A stretch of DNA of 63,179 nt, filler included, from Octopus bimaculoides (Eukaryota): the NCBI RefSeq assembly GCF_001194135.2. It is 6 parts of 6 records of this genome, joined end to end, with 100 filler letters (N's around TTAATTAATTAA, not from the genome) between each part and the next. Parts side by side here need not be neighbours in the genome. Positions count along the whole stretch, not along the records: positions 39,578 to 54,013 come from NW_026334834.1; 5 more parts are not named here. One strand, 5' to 3'. Shown one piece after another: positions 39,735 through 51,243 of the stretch; the first letter of the stretch is position 1; the number at the start of each line of letters is the position of its first letter. The notes under the pieces were generated by a model that was not told where the DNA came from, made no database searches, and saw nothing but the letters and a program-made list of their open reading frames with translations. A program made the position numbers and the translations under genes.

Positions 39735-40050
39735 GGTGCATAGCCTAGTGGTTAGGGTATCCGGTTTACAACTGCAAGGTCGTGAGTTCAATTCCCAATG
39801 ACATTCTGTGTCATTGAGCAAGACACTTTATTTCACGTTACTCCAGTCCACACAGCTGACAAAAATGTGTTGTACCTGTAATACAAAGGGGCCAGCAATG
39901 TCACATTCTGTGTCACGCTGAATCTCCCTGGGAACTATATCAAGGGTACATTTGTCTGTGGTGTACTCAGCCACTTACACATTAATTTCACAAACAGGCT
40001 GTTCCACTGGTCGGATCAACTGGGCCCCTCGTCATCATAACTGATGGAGT
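39735..40050 (+). mobile_element. tRNA-derived SINE family D, preceded by a second 3' half at 39578-39722
   Basis: A box TAGCCTAGTGG 39741-39751, B box GTTCAATTCC 39786-39795; gtactcagccact segment present twice. Confidence 0.75.
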
Positions 40051-40209
40051 GGTCATTGACTGATTGGTGGTAGGGGTGGGTACTGATAGGAGTATGATGC
40101 TTATGAAGCATGGTGGAGATGGTGGTGGTAGTGATGGTCAGATATGGAGGTTGATGGAGGTGATAATTTTGACATAAACATGGATAAAAACTATGATAAT
40201 CACAACAAT

Positions 40210-40760
40210 ATGTAAGACTTGTACACGGTAGCTAGACTGGACAGAAATAGCAGTTGAAGCTCCCTCAAATCACAGCCCACTGTCTTATGTATGTATATGT
40301 GGATGAGCTAATAAATGAGACCTCTACATGGTAGCTAGACCTAGAAGAAACAGTAGCCGGATCTCCTTCAAATCATACCAGATTTATGTATGTGGAAATG
40401 TATGTATGAGCCAAGGGAAAAAGACCTCTACATGGTAGCTAGACCTGGTAGAAATAGCAGCCAAATCTCCCTCAAATCACACTCCACAGTCTTATGTATG
40501 TATGAGCCAATGAGGGAGACCTCTAAATCTCCCTCAAATCACACTCTAATGTCTTATGTATGTACGAACCAAAGAAGGAAACCTTTATATGGTAGCAAGA
40601 CTTGTTAAAAATAGAAGCCAAATTTCCCTTAAAATAATACTCTAATGTCTTTTGTATGTGTGAATGAATCAATGAGGGAGACCTCTACACAAAAGCTAGA
40701 CATGTTAGAAACAGCAGTCAAATCTCCCTCAAATTATATACACCCAACTGTCTGAGCTTA
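40210..40760. repeat. Degenerate tandem copies of the same ~100-bp unit (single copy also at 43700-43760)
   Basis: gacctctacatggtagctagacct...aaatagcagccaaatctccctcaaatcac repeated about 5 times. Confidence 0.8.
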
Positions 40761-40870
40761 CTTTCATTACAATATCTGAAAATTAACAGGTGTGTCCCCT
40801 AGAATACATAATATACAAATTAAAATACAAACTAGCCAACCAGCCAGTCAAACATGTGTGTGAGACATAC

Positions 40871-41046
40871 CTTTGCATTCTGGGAAGTTGTAGTATTGGG
40901 ATCGGCATGTGTTGCACTTCCGCCCCATGTAGTTGGATTTACAAGGGCACTGGCCCCCTCCGACGTCACATTTGCCTTCAGCGGTGCCGTTGACGTGACA
41001 GTCGCAGGGTAGACATTCGGGGAAGTTGTGGTAACCATTGTTACAC
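40871..41046 (-). CDS. LanA: Laminin alpha exon 7 (LE3 end + LE4): CNNGYHNFPECLPCDCHVNGTAEGKCDVGGGQCPCKSNYMGRKCNTCRSQYYNFPECK
   Basis: 176 nt, phase 2/1; acceptor (tc)n-ttcag, donor GTATGT. The seven exons total 1105 nt in one uninterrupted frame. Confidence 0.95.
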
Positions 41047-41048
41047 CT

Positions 41049-41085
<37 letters not shown>

Positions 41086-41114
41086 AAACAGGTATATATA
41101 AATGTATGTGTATA

Positions 41115-41277
41115 GGCGCAGGAGTGGCTGTGTGATAAGTAGCTTGCTTACCAACCACATGGTTCCGGGTTCAGTCCCACTGCGTGGCACCTTGGGCAAG
41201 TGTCTTCTACTATAGCCTCAGGCCGACCAAAACCTTGTGAGTGGATTTGGTAGACGGAAACTGAAAGAAGCCCGTCA
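41115..41277 (+). mobile_element. SINE family B (5' part) in a laminin intron
   Basis: Highly similar to 5668-5831. Confidence 0.85.
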
Positions 41278-41283
41278 GAAAAA

Positions 41284-41341
<58 letters not shown>

Positions 41342-41679
41342 ATTTGAAGCAAAGCAACAAAAATTCAATAGGTTATAGCAGTACGTATGTTTCGTACAAA
41401 CTTCATTTATTCATGTAGTGAGAACACTACATAAAATGTAGAACGAAAATGTACTCCTCAGCTGCATAATGGAATTTCATTTTAGAAAGTCATTTTGTAG
41501 ATGTGTGCAAAAAACAAGAGTAAGAGAAGAAAACATACCATCTTGACTATGCTGCTGTTCAACAGACTAGTGAATCAAACAAGAATTAAAATTCTATATA
41601 ATCTAATTGGAGGGGTAGTAGTAATTTCAAATTTAGAGGAAGGTAGATTAAGTACTTCTATATAGAATAATATATTTAC

Positions 41680-41776
41680 CTGTCACAATTCTCTCCAGTA
41701 TACTGTGGTTTACATCTACAACGTCCAGTGCCTTCTTCACAAGAACCAGTTGAGAATCGGGAGCGACACTGGCAAG
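41680..41776 (-). CDS. LanA: Laminin alpha exon 6 (LE3): (P)CQCRSRFSTGSCEEGTGRCRCKPQYTGENCD(R)
   Basis: 97 nt, phase 1/2; acceptor cttccttctgcag, donor GTAAAT; LE cysteine spacing and phases fit both neighbours. Confidence 0.94.
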
Positions 41777-42052
41777 CTGCAGAAGGAAGAAATAGAGGCA
41801 GATAGTTAGACAACTTGATGGGGAAATCCACATACACACACACACACACACATATATATTATTTAAAAGACACAATCCACATTTTTATGTGCTACTAATA
41901 GTTTCTTGTGCTGAGAACATGCCAAACATGCCACTATTAATATTTTTTTCAAGAATGATTGAAATAAATGAAGGTAAAAAAAAAAAAAAAAATTAAACCA
42001 TCATTGAGAGGATGTGGACCCTGACCTCATCAGGTCTGCAGTGAATACTTAC

Positions 42053-42143
42053 GGTGACAGACGTTAGGCACATCCTTGGGTACATTGAATGGTTGATAGA
42101 AGCCATCAATACACTGTTCACAGTTGATGCCCTTTGTGTTGTG
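42053..42143 (-). CDS. LanA: Laminin alpha exon 5 (LE2 end): HNTKGINCEQCIDGFYQPFNVPKDVPNVCH
   Basis: 91 nt, phase 0/1; strong pyrimidine tract ending ctcctccag, donor GTAAGT; HNT.GINCEQC..GFY motif. Confidence 0.94.
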
Positions 42144-42265
42144 CTGGAGGAGCAGAAAGAGGGGAAAAGATGCATACAGTAAAAATGGTATTAGATGTAT
42201 GCGTGTGTGTGTATGAGTATGTATGTGTGTGTGTATACAGATATATATATGTATATATATTATAG

Positions 42266-42410
42266 GTATGAGGCATGACTGTGTGGTAAAACTCTTGCTT
42301 TGCTATCTCTTGCTCTTCGGTTCAGTCCCATTGTGTGGCGCCTTGGGCAAGTGTTATTTACCATATTCTCAGGCTGATCAATGCCTTGCGACCAATTTTG
42401 GACGATGGGA
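42266..42410 (+). mobile_element. SINE family B, degenerate
   Basis: ggttcagtcccattgtgtggcgccttgggcaagtg. Confidence 0.65.
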
Positions 42411-42655
42411 ACTGCTATGTCCACTCTCCATGCTAGCATGGGTTGGATGGTTTGATTGGGGACTGGCAAGCCAAGAGGCTGCACCAGGTTCCAATCTGAC
42501 TTGGCAAGGTTTCTACAGCTGGATGCCCTTCCTAATGTCAATCACTGAGAGTGTAGTGGGTACTTTTTATGTGCCACTGGCATGGAGACCAGTCAGACGG
42601 TAGTGGCATCAACCATACTCAAACGGTGCTTTTTATGAGCCACCGGAACTGGCAA
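42410..42655 (-). mobile_element. RTE-type 3' end copy in a laminin intron
   Basis: catgctagcatgggttggatggtttga...gctggatgcccttcctaatg shared with 37455-37720. Confidence 0.65.
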
Positions 42656-42967
42656 TATATAAACATATATATATATATATCCAAGAATTGGGGAATGGAG
42701 CAGATAAAGTCCAGGCTACATACGGTTCACAGCTCGTGGAAAATCGGAAGTAGGAATTATCCAAACAAGGGCTAAACTGCAAGCTGCTCTTCAGGCCAAA
42801 GAAACCTTGGTTATCATTAAGGGACCCCGTGTTAACTCACACAGGGTTTTGCGCTAATAAACCCCTGTTGTACCTGAAAATTGTTTTTTTTATAGCTTCT
42901 ACAGACTGCTTGAAACTCACTAACTTCCTACACCTTGATCCCTGGATCTTACCTTTATATACCTATG

Positions 42968-42999
<32 letters not shown>

Positions 43000-43211
43000 T
43001 ATATTCACATACACATTATACCTATAACATATACATACACACACATATAATGGTTATGAAGGGTAATGGAGTCAACCAGACCCTAATGATACAGGTAATA
43101 CCGAGTAAGTGCTGTATACCAACTAGTTTTGCCCCAGATGTGGTTGCAACATGAATGGGGAATATAACATGGGTTGTGTATTAGCGTGTGTATATATAAA
43201 AAAGAATTACC

Positions 43212-43259
43212 GTCTCCGATGAAGGGATACATTGAATTTCCCTGAAACAGCTGTAAGAC
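43212..43259 (+). ncRNA. Minimal type I hammerhead-like motif, family 1, in a laminin intron (antisense to the gene)
   Basis: gtct-CCGATGA-aggga-tacattgaatt-tccct-GAAA-cagctg-TA-agac. Loop II differs from the 12305 copy while stems and core are kept. Confidence 0.75.
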
Positions 43260-43435
43260 ATTCTACATAAATTATAAATTTATTTATGCCATCGGTCTCT
43301 TTATCTCATTCTTTTTTTATATGTACACACACATATATATGCTTATATATGCACACATATATATGCATACACACACAAGCATGCATGCACACACACAAAG
43401 ACGTACTAAGTAACTGTGTAATGTCCATTACATAC

Positions 43436-43554
43436 CGTGCAGTTCTGACAGACGCCACCGCCATCGTAGTTCCCGTGTATGTCCAATGATAACTTTTTGG
43501 CATCTATTTCAGCATCGTAAACACATGCATTTGTGTGTCCATGACAGTTGCATG
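43436..43554 (-). CDS. LanA: Laminin alpha exon 4 (LE2 start): (P)CNCHGHTNACVYDAEIDAKKLSLDIHGNYDGGGVCQNCT
   Basis: Not in the ORF track; translated by hand. 119 nt, phase 1/0; acceptor tttcag, donor GTATGT; SLDI.G.Y.GGGVC.NC motif. Confidence 0.95.
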
Positions 43555-43789
43555 CTGAAATATATAACGCAGTAACGATTTTCTGATTAGCATAACATAT
43601 CTCATGATTTGGGTCAACACTGTTTTAAATCATGTGTCACAATAATGTAATTATGCATTCTGGTAATGTTTATCTGAACGAAACTGACAAAGGAGTTCTC
43701 CACATGGTAGCTAGACCTGGTTGAGAGAACAGCCAAATCTTCCTCAAGTCCTACCAAACGGTTATTAAAGAAAAGACATAAGGTAGTGG

Positions 43790-44410
43790 TTCTATTGGTT
43801 AAATTCTAAAAGATGGAGTGGTCACATATAGAATGCCTTTGTTCTCAGGTCTGTTAGACCAAGTGTGACCTGGGGTTAAATGTCACCAACGAAGTTTGTG
43901 TGGAAGATCACATTAGAAAATGTAGTTCTAGATACACTATGCCTGAACAAAACACTGATTGATTTGCAGCTGTAACGTCTTTGATGATAGGTTTGTTTGG
44001 TCAGGACTGACCTAGGGTTAAACAACAACGACAAGATAATGTAGTCCTAGAATCACCATGGCTGAATAAAGATAGAATGGTCACAGTTGGAACACTATCG
44101 ACAATATACCAGGATCAGGATCTGGACTGAGGACAACGTCAAAGGAAGGCACATAAAATGATGTAGTCCCAGATACACTATACCCGAATGGAGACAGGAT
44201 GGTCACAGATGGAATGTATTTTATCTTAGGTCTGCTGGGTCAAGAATGACCTAAGACTGAACAGTAACAACAAGGAAGATAACAACAATAACAAGATAAT
44301 GTAGTCCTAGATAAACAATACCAAAATGGAAGTCAGAGTGGTCATGACTGGAAGACCTTTGTTCGTAGTTATGCTGAGTCAGAGTGACCTAGGGTCGAAC
44401 AACACCACCA
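43790..44410. repeat. Degenerate ~120-140-bp tandem repeat next to the exon 3 donor
   Basis: Recurrent atgtagtcctaga...ggtcacag/tggaa...gacctagggt..aacaac motifs, about 5 units. Confidence 0.6.
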
Positions 44411-44434
44411 CGGGCCACAACACTAAATACTTAC

Positions 44435-44648
44435 GTTCGCACATGAAGTCCTTGTTGGTGGTGACCCTCTGCCACTTTTTCTGAACAAATCCTGGACAGC
44501 ATCGTTCACACTGGGGCCCACAAGTGTTATGGTGACATTCACAGAAAAGCTTGTTCGGTTGAGTTGCGTCCCTTTTGTCACATCGCTCGGCATGACCATT
44601 GCAGACACAGCGTCCTCCAATGGAAATATCTTTAATACTGTAGAAATA
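44435..44648 (-). CDS. LanA: Laminin alpha exon 3 (LN end + LE1): YFYSIKDISIGGRCVCNGHAERC...CGPQCERCCPGFVQKKW...DFMCE
   Basis: 214 nt, phase 0/1; acceptor ctttgtccacag, donor GTAAGT; canonical YSIKDISIGGRCVCNGHA junction. Confidence 0.98.
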
Positions 44649-45345
44649 CTGTGGACAAAGAAGGGTGTTATGCACAATGCAAATGAAGGCTTCTTGCAAT
44701 TAATATAAAGGCACTTCCCCACTAGCCATAAATACAAAAAAAAAACTATTCAATAGAAAACCTTTTAAGTTAATTTTAGTTGGCTATTAGTATTAAAGAA
44801 ATTATAGGAGAAAAGCCCACTCCTGCCATGGGACTCGATTGCTTATGCAGTGACAGCACTGCATGTCTGCTCAACAGATTCTGTAATATAGAGTTTGTCA
44901 TGTATGAAATTTGGCACTACTCTGAATCAATATATTGGTATGGCAGAACGACTCTTTAAATAAGAGTTCACGATCATACCTGTTCCTTCTGGAACCTCCA
45001 GATGTAGAATATAGTAATGCTAAGAAACTACATATGGTTATTTAAAAGATAGACTGTGAACAATGTGTTAGATATAAGTTTGATGAAAAGTGTATATGGT
45101 TTTAAAAAATGTGGCCAATGTACAAGAGAAGAAGGACTAATCTCAAAGAACATGCTGACATTAGAAATATATCTGAACACCATATAAGAAGCATTCATTA
45201 GTTGCAAACAAGCTGACAAGTTCATTTTATGAAACATGTCACAGCCACTTAAAATGAGACAGTTTATTCATTTAGATTTGAGTGATGAATGCTGAGAAGA
45301 AAAGCGTCCACTTAACAATTGAGAAAAACTCTATTTATGCGTCCA

Positions 45346-45712
45346 GGCAGAGATGTGGCTGTGTGGTAAGCAGTTTGCTTCTCAACCACATAGCTCTGGG
45401 TCCAATATGTTTGTGTGCCACCTTGAGCAAGTGTCTTCTACTACAGTCTCAAGTCATCCAAAACCTTGTGAGTGGATATGATGTATTTATATCTATGCAT
45501 ATGTGTGTTTATGATTGTCACCCAACCACTGCTTGGCTGCCAGTGCTGGTTCATTTACATATCTGTGGTTTGACAAAAAAAAAACCCAAAAGCTGATAGA
45601 ATAAGCACCAGGCTTTAAAAATAATTGCTAGGGTTGATTTGTTTATGACTAAAACGCTTCATGGCAGTTCTCTAGCATGGCTGCAGTCAAATGACTACAA
45701 CAAGTAAAAGAC
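45346..45712 (+). mobile_element. SINE family B, full length, degenerate
   Basis: Head, CORE-like segment and 3' end gcatggctgcagtcaaatgactacaacaagtaaaag. Confidence 0.72.
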
Positions 45713-45874
45713 TGTTTGTTGAATGATTTTGAAACCCTTAGTAACACGAACTGACTCTTCTATCTTTCCACACACCCATCCATACGCTCACGTTCTCAGT
45801 TCTACAGCCATTATCTTCCTGTTCATATCAGAAGTTTTAAGAAGCTACGAAAACAAAACGAACAAAAAACTTAC

Positions 45875-46045
45875 CCTTCTGGTCACTGTAGGGTCCTGTC
45901 TCCGTACGGCCATCAAATGACCGAGGAGTGTTTTTGTCTGTAGCAAACGGAGCCGCACGGATGTTGCCTTTGTCCAGTCCTGCAGCTTCTGGGAGTTGGA
46001 AAAGTTCTGGGCATTTGGTCTATCATCGACCAGAGACACAATAAT
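45875..46045 (-). CDS. LanA: Laminin alpha exon 2 (LN): [57 protein letters not shown]
   Basis: 171 nt, phase 0/0; acceptor gtctgtcttcag, donor GTAAGT; LLGHLM...QDPTVTRR is typical of alpha3/5-type chains. Confidence 0.97.
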
Positions 46046-47049
46046 CTGAAGACAGACCGGATACAAGTGTTTTAATTAATTAATCTGTATAACCAAGTTT
46101 GTTAGCATGTTATGAGTTCAAATACTACCCAGGAAGGAAGCGTATATAGAGAAAGTGTATATAAGGAAGTGTATATATNNNNNNNNNNNNNNNNNNNNNN
46201 NNNNNNNNNNNNNNNNNNNNNNNNNNNNNNNNNNNNNNNNNNNNNNNNNNNNNNNNNNNNNNNNNNNNNNNNNNNNNNNNNNNNNNNNNNNNNNNNNNNN
46301 NNNNNNNNNNNNNNNNNNNNNNNNNNNNNNNNNNNNNNNNNNNNNNNNNNNNNNNNNNNNNNNNNNNNNNNNNNNNNNNNNNNNNNNNNNNNNNNNNNNN
46401 NNNNNNNNNNNNNNNNNNNNNNNNNNNNNNNNNNNNNNNNNNNNNNNNNNNNNNNNNNNNNNNNNNNNNNNNNNNNNNNNNNNNNNNNNNNNNNNNNNNN
46501 NNNNNNNNNNNNNNNNNNNNNNNNNNNNNNNNNNNNNNNNNNNNNNNNNNNNNNNNNNNNNNNNNNNNNNNNNNNNNNNNNNNNNNNNNNNNNNNNNNNN
46601 NNNNNNNNNNNNNNNNNNNNNNNNNNNNNNNNNNNNNNNNNNNNNNNNNNNNNNNNNNNNNNNNNNNNNNNNNNNNNNNNNNNNNNNNTGCCCCAACAGG
46701 TCTCCACAAGCCGAGTTTCGTGTCCAATGAAGGAGACAACATTGGCTTGGGTGCCAGTCATATTCTGGTTGTGGGGTTTTCGTTATTACCTTAAAACTTA
46801 AGTATTACATGATTTTAAGCTATCACTATTTGTATCGACTTCATTCTAACGACTATATATATATATATATATATATATAGCAAAAGAGGTCAGTCAAATG
46901 AATCAGGCTTTAAAAAAAAAAAAATACTGAGGCTGATTTGTCCAGCTAAAATTCTTCAAAGTGGTGCTCCAGTATGGCCACAGTCTTATGAATGAGACAA
47001 GAAAAAGACATAAAAGACAAATAGATGTATCTATGTTAACTTGGTTTAC

Positions 47050-47286
47050 CTCGCCGTTTTCTAGAGGAACAACTTTGGAAAATTTCGTGGTACAAATAAC
47101 TTCGTCATCTTCTTCTGGGACTTCTGAAGTAGAGGCATTGAAGAATTGCAGACATTCGTTGGGGTTTCCGGCAAAATATTGCCAAGGGTTCCAAGTCTTA
47201 CCAAAATCTGTTGATTTTTCGAGAGCCCACACACCTGGTCGAGGGGAGTTTGCCATTTTGATAAAGACATAAGCCACAAGGAACTC
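47050..47286 (-). CDS. LanA: Laminin alpha (LanA/LAMA3-5 type), first visible exon, LN domain: EFLVAYVFIKMANSPRPGVWALEKSTDFGKTWNPWQYFA...VICTTKFSKVVPLENGE
   Basis: 237 nt, phase 0/0; acceptor tttccttcag, donor GTAAAC; recognisable laminin LN motifs (ANSPRPG.W.LEKS.D.G.TW.PWQYFA, S.VVPLENGE). Confidence 0.96.
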
Positions 47287-47359
47287 CTGAAGGAAAGACA
47301 AAAGAGAGAAAGGTACATAAATGGAATGCATACATACATAGATACATACAAATACACTG

Positions 47360-47790
47360 TGCTGAACTATTGAGAAATCTGCAGTTACTCTATCCAGATT
47401 ACAAGGTCAGTTTTATACCTGTAATTATTGGGGCCCTGGGATATGTCACACACTGTCTAAATACCAATCTTGAGCAATTAGGCTTCTCAAGACCAGAAAG
47501 GAGAAAGCTGATTCGAAGACTACAGATCCAATTCATCACTGGAACTGTAAAGATCTGTAAAACTTTCCAGAAGTTTATCATTTAAATATATATGAGCATG
47601 TCTAGATATGTAGTTATATGCATGAGAATACATACATGAAACAAAACATACAAATCTGCACATAGACATACACACAGTAATACCCTGTTGTTGATGTTGA
47701 AATTCTGATGAAGGAGCCTTGGATCTGGGTTAGAAACCGGTTCTTTCTCTGTTTGGCAAGAAATCTTGAAATAAAACTGAACAATGACAT
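47360..47790 (+). mobile_element. RLE-type LINE 3' end, second family: ...FIPVIIGALGYV...ITGTVKICKTF* plus 3' UTR ending in (ACAT)n
   Basis: ORF 47370-47585 carries the IP.IIGALG motif of RLE C-termini; lies 75 bp from the laminin acceptor, antisense to the gene. Confidence 0.75.
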
Positions 47791-47906
47791 ACATACATAC
47801 ACACACACACACACATGCAGATCCACATAAATACAATTTTGACAATCAAATATGAAACTGGTTAAGCGTGTGTGTGTGTGTATATGGATATATATATATA
47901 TACATA

Positions 47907-48129
47907 TACAAGAGGGAGTGTTGAAAAGTTCCTGGCTTTGGGTGAAAGAAGATATTGGAGGATCAATTAATTATGATTTTATCAAACATATTCCCTTCTC
48001 AGGTTCACACACTTATTGCAGGGGTCCTTCAGTTTATGTAAACCATGTAAAAGATCTCGGAAGGTTGGGTCTGCAACGAAACCTTTTGTAATATCCTTAA
48101 GGCCAGAAACTTTTTAGCACTCCCTTGCA
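47907..48129. mobile_element. Mariner-type MITE
   Basis: Imperfect TIRs TAcaagagggagtgttgaaaagttcctggc / gccagaaactttttagcactcccttgca; non-coding interior of ~170 bp. Confidence 0.7.
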
Positions 48130-48206
48130 TGTGTGTGTGTGTATACTCAATATAGAAAACACAAATGATTTGAACTTACAATGAAAGAAGTCTGTTTTAT
48201 ATATAT

Positions 48207-48330
48207 ACTAGCAGAAATACCAGGCTTTGCCTGGGTTAAAGAGAATAATGAAATCTAAAAACGCCGTCTAGACTACGCAACCCTCAACTGTTAGTAGCTA
48301 CGATACCATATTTCTACATTAATAACTCTC
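48207..48330 (-). mobile_element. Helitron-like 3' end fragment
   Basis: Minus strand ccaggcaaagcctgg hairpin followed by tatttctgCTAG|T. Confidence 0.55.
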
Positions 48331-49564
48331 CAATCCATGCCAGCATGGAAGATAGACATTAAGTGGAATGCCAGTCTCTCATCTAGGAGGGCCTTGAAAT
48401 CAATGTTACCAACTGGGGACTATGTGTGTCGCAGTGATAATAAAAAGACCCAAAGGAGGTCTGCAACGAAATAATTTTACTCAACACTTTGCAAGTGAAT
48501 CAGTGGAGGCAAAGATGCGTCTCATTTACTTGACAATTTATGCACCACATTGCAGAAATCACAATGTAAGTATATCTGAANNNNNNNNNNNNNNNNNNNN
48601 NNNNNNNNNNNNNNNNNNNNNNNNNNNNNNNNNNNNNNNNNNNNNNNNNNNNNNNNNNNNNNNNNNNNNNNNNNNNNNNNNNNNNNNNNNNNNNNNNNNN
48701 NNNNNNNNNNNNNNNNNNNNNNNNNNNNNNNNNNNNNNNNNNNNNNNNNNNNNNNNNNNNNNNNNNNNNNNNNNNNNNNNNNNNNNNNNNNNNNNNNNNN
48801 NNNNNNNNNNNNNNNNNNNNNNNNNNNNNNNNNNNNNNNNNNNNNNNNNNNNNNNNNNNNNNNNNNNNNNNNNNNNNNNNNNNNNNNNNNNNNNNNNNNN
48901 NNNNNNNNNNNNNNNNNNNNNNNNNNNNNNNNNNNNNNNNNNNNNNNNNNNNNNNNNNNNNNNNNNNNNNNNNNNNNNNNNNNNNNNNNNNNNNNNNNNN
49001 NNNNNNNNNNNNNNNNNNNNNNNNNNNNNNNNNNNNNNNNNNNNNNNNNNNNNNNNNNNNNNNNNNNNNNNNNNNNNNNNNNNNNNNNNNNNNNNNNNNN
49101 NNNNNNNNNNNNNNNNNNNNNNNNNNNNNNNNNNNNNNNNNNNNNNNNNNNNNNNNNNNNNNNNNNNNNNNNNNNNNNNNNNNNNNNNNNNNNNNNNNNN
49201 NNNNNNNNNNNNNNNNNNNNNNNNNNNNNNNNNNNNNNNNNNNNNNNNNNNNNNNNNNNNNNNNNNNNNNNNNNNNNNNNNNNNNNNNNNNNNNNNNNNN
49301 NNNNNNNNNNNNNNNNNNNNNNNNNNNNNNNNNNNNNNNNNNNNNNNNNNNNNNNNNNNNNNNNNNNNNNNNNNNNNNNNNNNNNNNNNNNNNNNNNNNN
49401 NNNNNNNNNNNNNNNNNNNNNNNNNNNNNNNATAGATTGCTAGTCACTACACATTCTTTATTTTCTCTCCGTTTCTTTCTGTGTTCCTTATATATATATA
49501 TATATATATATATTTGTTTTGCAAGATTTTTGATGTGAAACTGGCAATATGACCATCCCCAAGT

Positions 49565-49599
<35 letters not shown>

Positions 49600-49600
<1 letters not shown>

Positions 49601-49720
49601 CATCATCATCATCGTTTAACGTCCACTTTTCATGCTAGCATGGGTTGGATGATTTGACTGAGGACTGGTGAACCAGCTGGCTACACCAGGCTCCAATCTG
49701 ATCTGGCAGATTGGAGCCTG
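49600..49720 (-). mobile_element. RTE-type 3' end copy
   Basis: catcatcgtttaacgtccacttttcatgctagcatgggttggat; short (GAT) tail. Confidence 0.65.
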
Positions 49721-49750
49721 GTGTATGTACATATGTACACAGACACACAT

Positions 49751-49787
<37 letters not shown>

Positions 49788-51243
49788 AACATACATAAAT
49801 ACACATAGATCTAATGAAGCTACAAGGTGACACATAAGCACTCAGCTCTGAGAGCATTTAGTCTGGTAGCAGAAACAACTGTAAGTGTTAATGAAGTTCA
49901 TGACACTGTGCACTCCTGACTAATGCTTCTTTCTGAAGCACATACATAATGAGTTCTAACACCAGTCTATTAGTAACATATACACTTAGACATGGGGGAG
50001 GGGGGTCCTTCTTAAGAAGGTTGTTGCCCAAAACCTGCATCCGGTCTCCATAATGATGGCAGCTATTATTGTCAAGGCTTCATCATCAGAGCCATTAGCA
50101 TTTGTAGTACTCAAAGCCATCATCATCTCTTTGTCATCACTTTCTAGCATCATCACCCTCATCATCATCATCATCATCAACACAACCACCTCACCACCAC
50201 CATCACCATCATCATCATCGACATCATTCACCACCATCACCATCATCATCGACATCATTCACCACCACCATCATCATCATCATCATCATCCCCATTATAA
50301 TCATTCGTCACCACCAGCACTGCCATCATCACCATCACCACCACCACCACCACCACCATCCCTGCCACCCCCTCCCCACCATGCTCCTTCTTTCCATTGT
50401 TGATATCATCATCATCATTTCCTCTCCCTAAACAAACAGAATCCACTTGAACTCAAGTGCAAAGCTTTTGACGCCCCTGGGCCCCTCTCCCGCTTCACAT
50501 CCCCTGGCAACACACTACACCNNNNNNNNNNNNNNNNNNNNNNNNNNNNNNNNNNNNNNNNNNNNNNNNNNNNNNNNNNNNNNNNNNNNNNNNNNNNNNN
50601 NNNNNNNNNNNNNNNNNNNNNNNNNNNNNNNNNNNNNNNNNNNNNNNNNNNNNNNNNNNNNNNNNNNNNNNNNNNNNNNNNNNNNNNNNNNNNNNNNNNN
50701 NNNNNNNNNNNNNNNNNNNNNNNNNNNNNNNNNNNNNNNNNNNNNNNNNNNNNNNNNNNNNNNNNNNNNNNNNNNNNNNNNNNNNNNNNNNNNNNNNNNN
50801 NNNNNNNNNNNNNNNNNNNNNNNNNNNNNNNNNNNNNNNNNNNNNNNNNNNNNNNNNNNNNNNNNNNNNNNNNNNNNNNNNNNNNNNNNNNNNNNNNNNN
50901 NNNNNNNNNNNNNNNNNNNNNNNNNNNNNNNNNNNNNNNNNNNNNNNNNNNNNNNNNNNNNNNNNNNNNNNNNNNNNNNNNNNNNNNNNNNNNNNNNNNN
51001 NNNNNNNNNNNNNNNNNNNNNNNNNNNNNNNNNNNNNNNNNNNNNNNNNNNNNNNNNNNNNNNNNNNNNNNNNNNNNNNNNNNNNNNNNNNNNNNNNNNN
51101 NNNNNNNNNNNNNNNNNNNNNNNNNNNNNNNNNNNNNNNNNNNNNNNNNNNNNNNNNNNNNNNNNNNNNNNNNNNNNNNNNNNNNNNNNNNNNNNNNNNN
51201 NNNNNNNNNNNNNNNNNNNNNNNNNNNNNNNNNNNNNNNNNNN

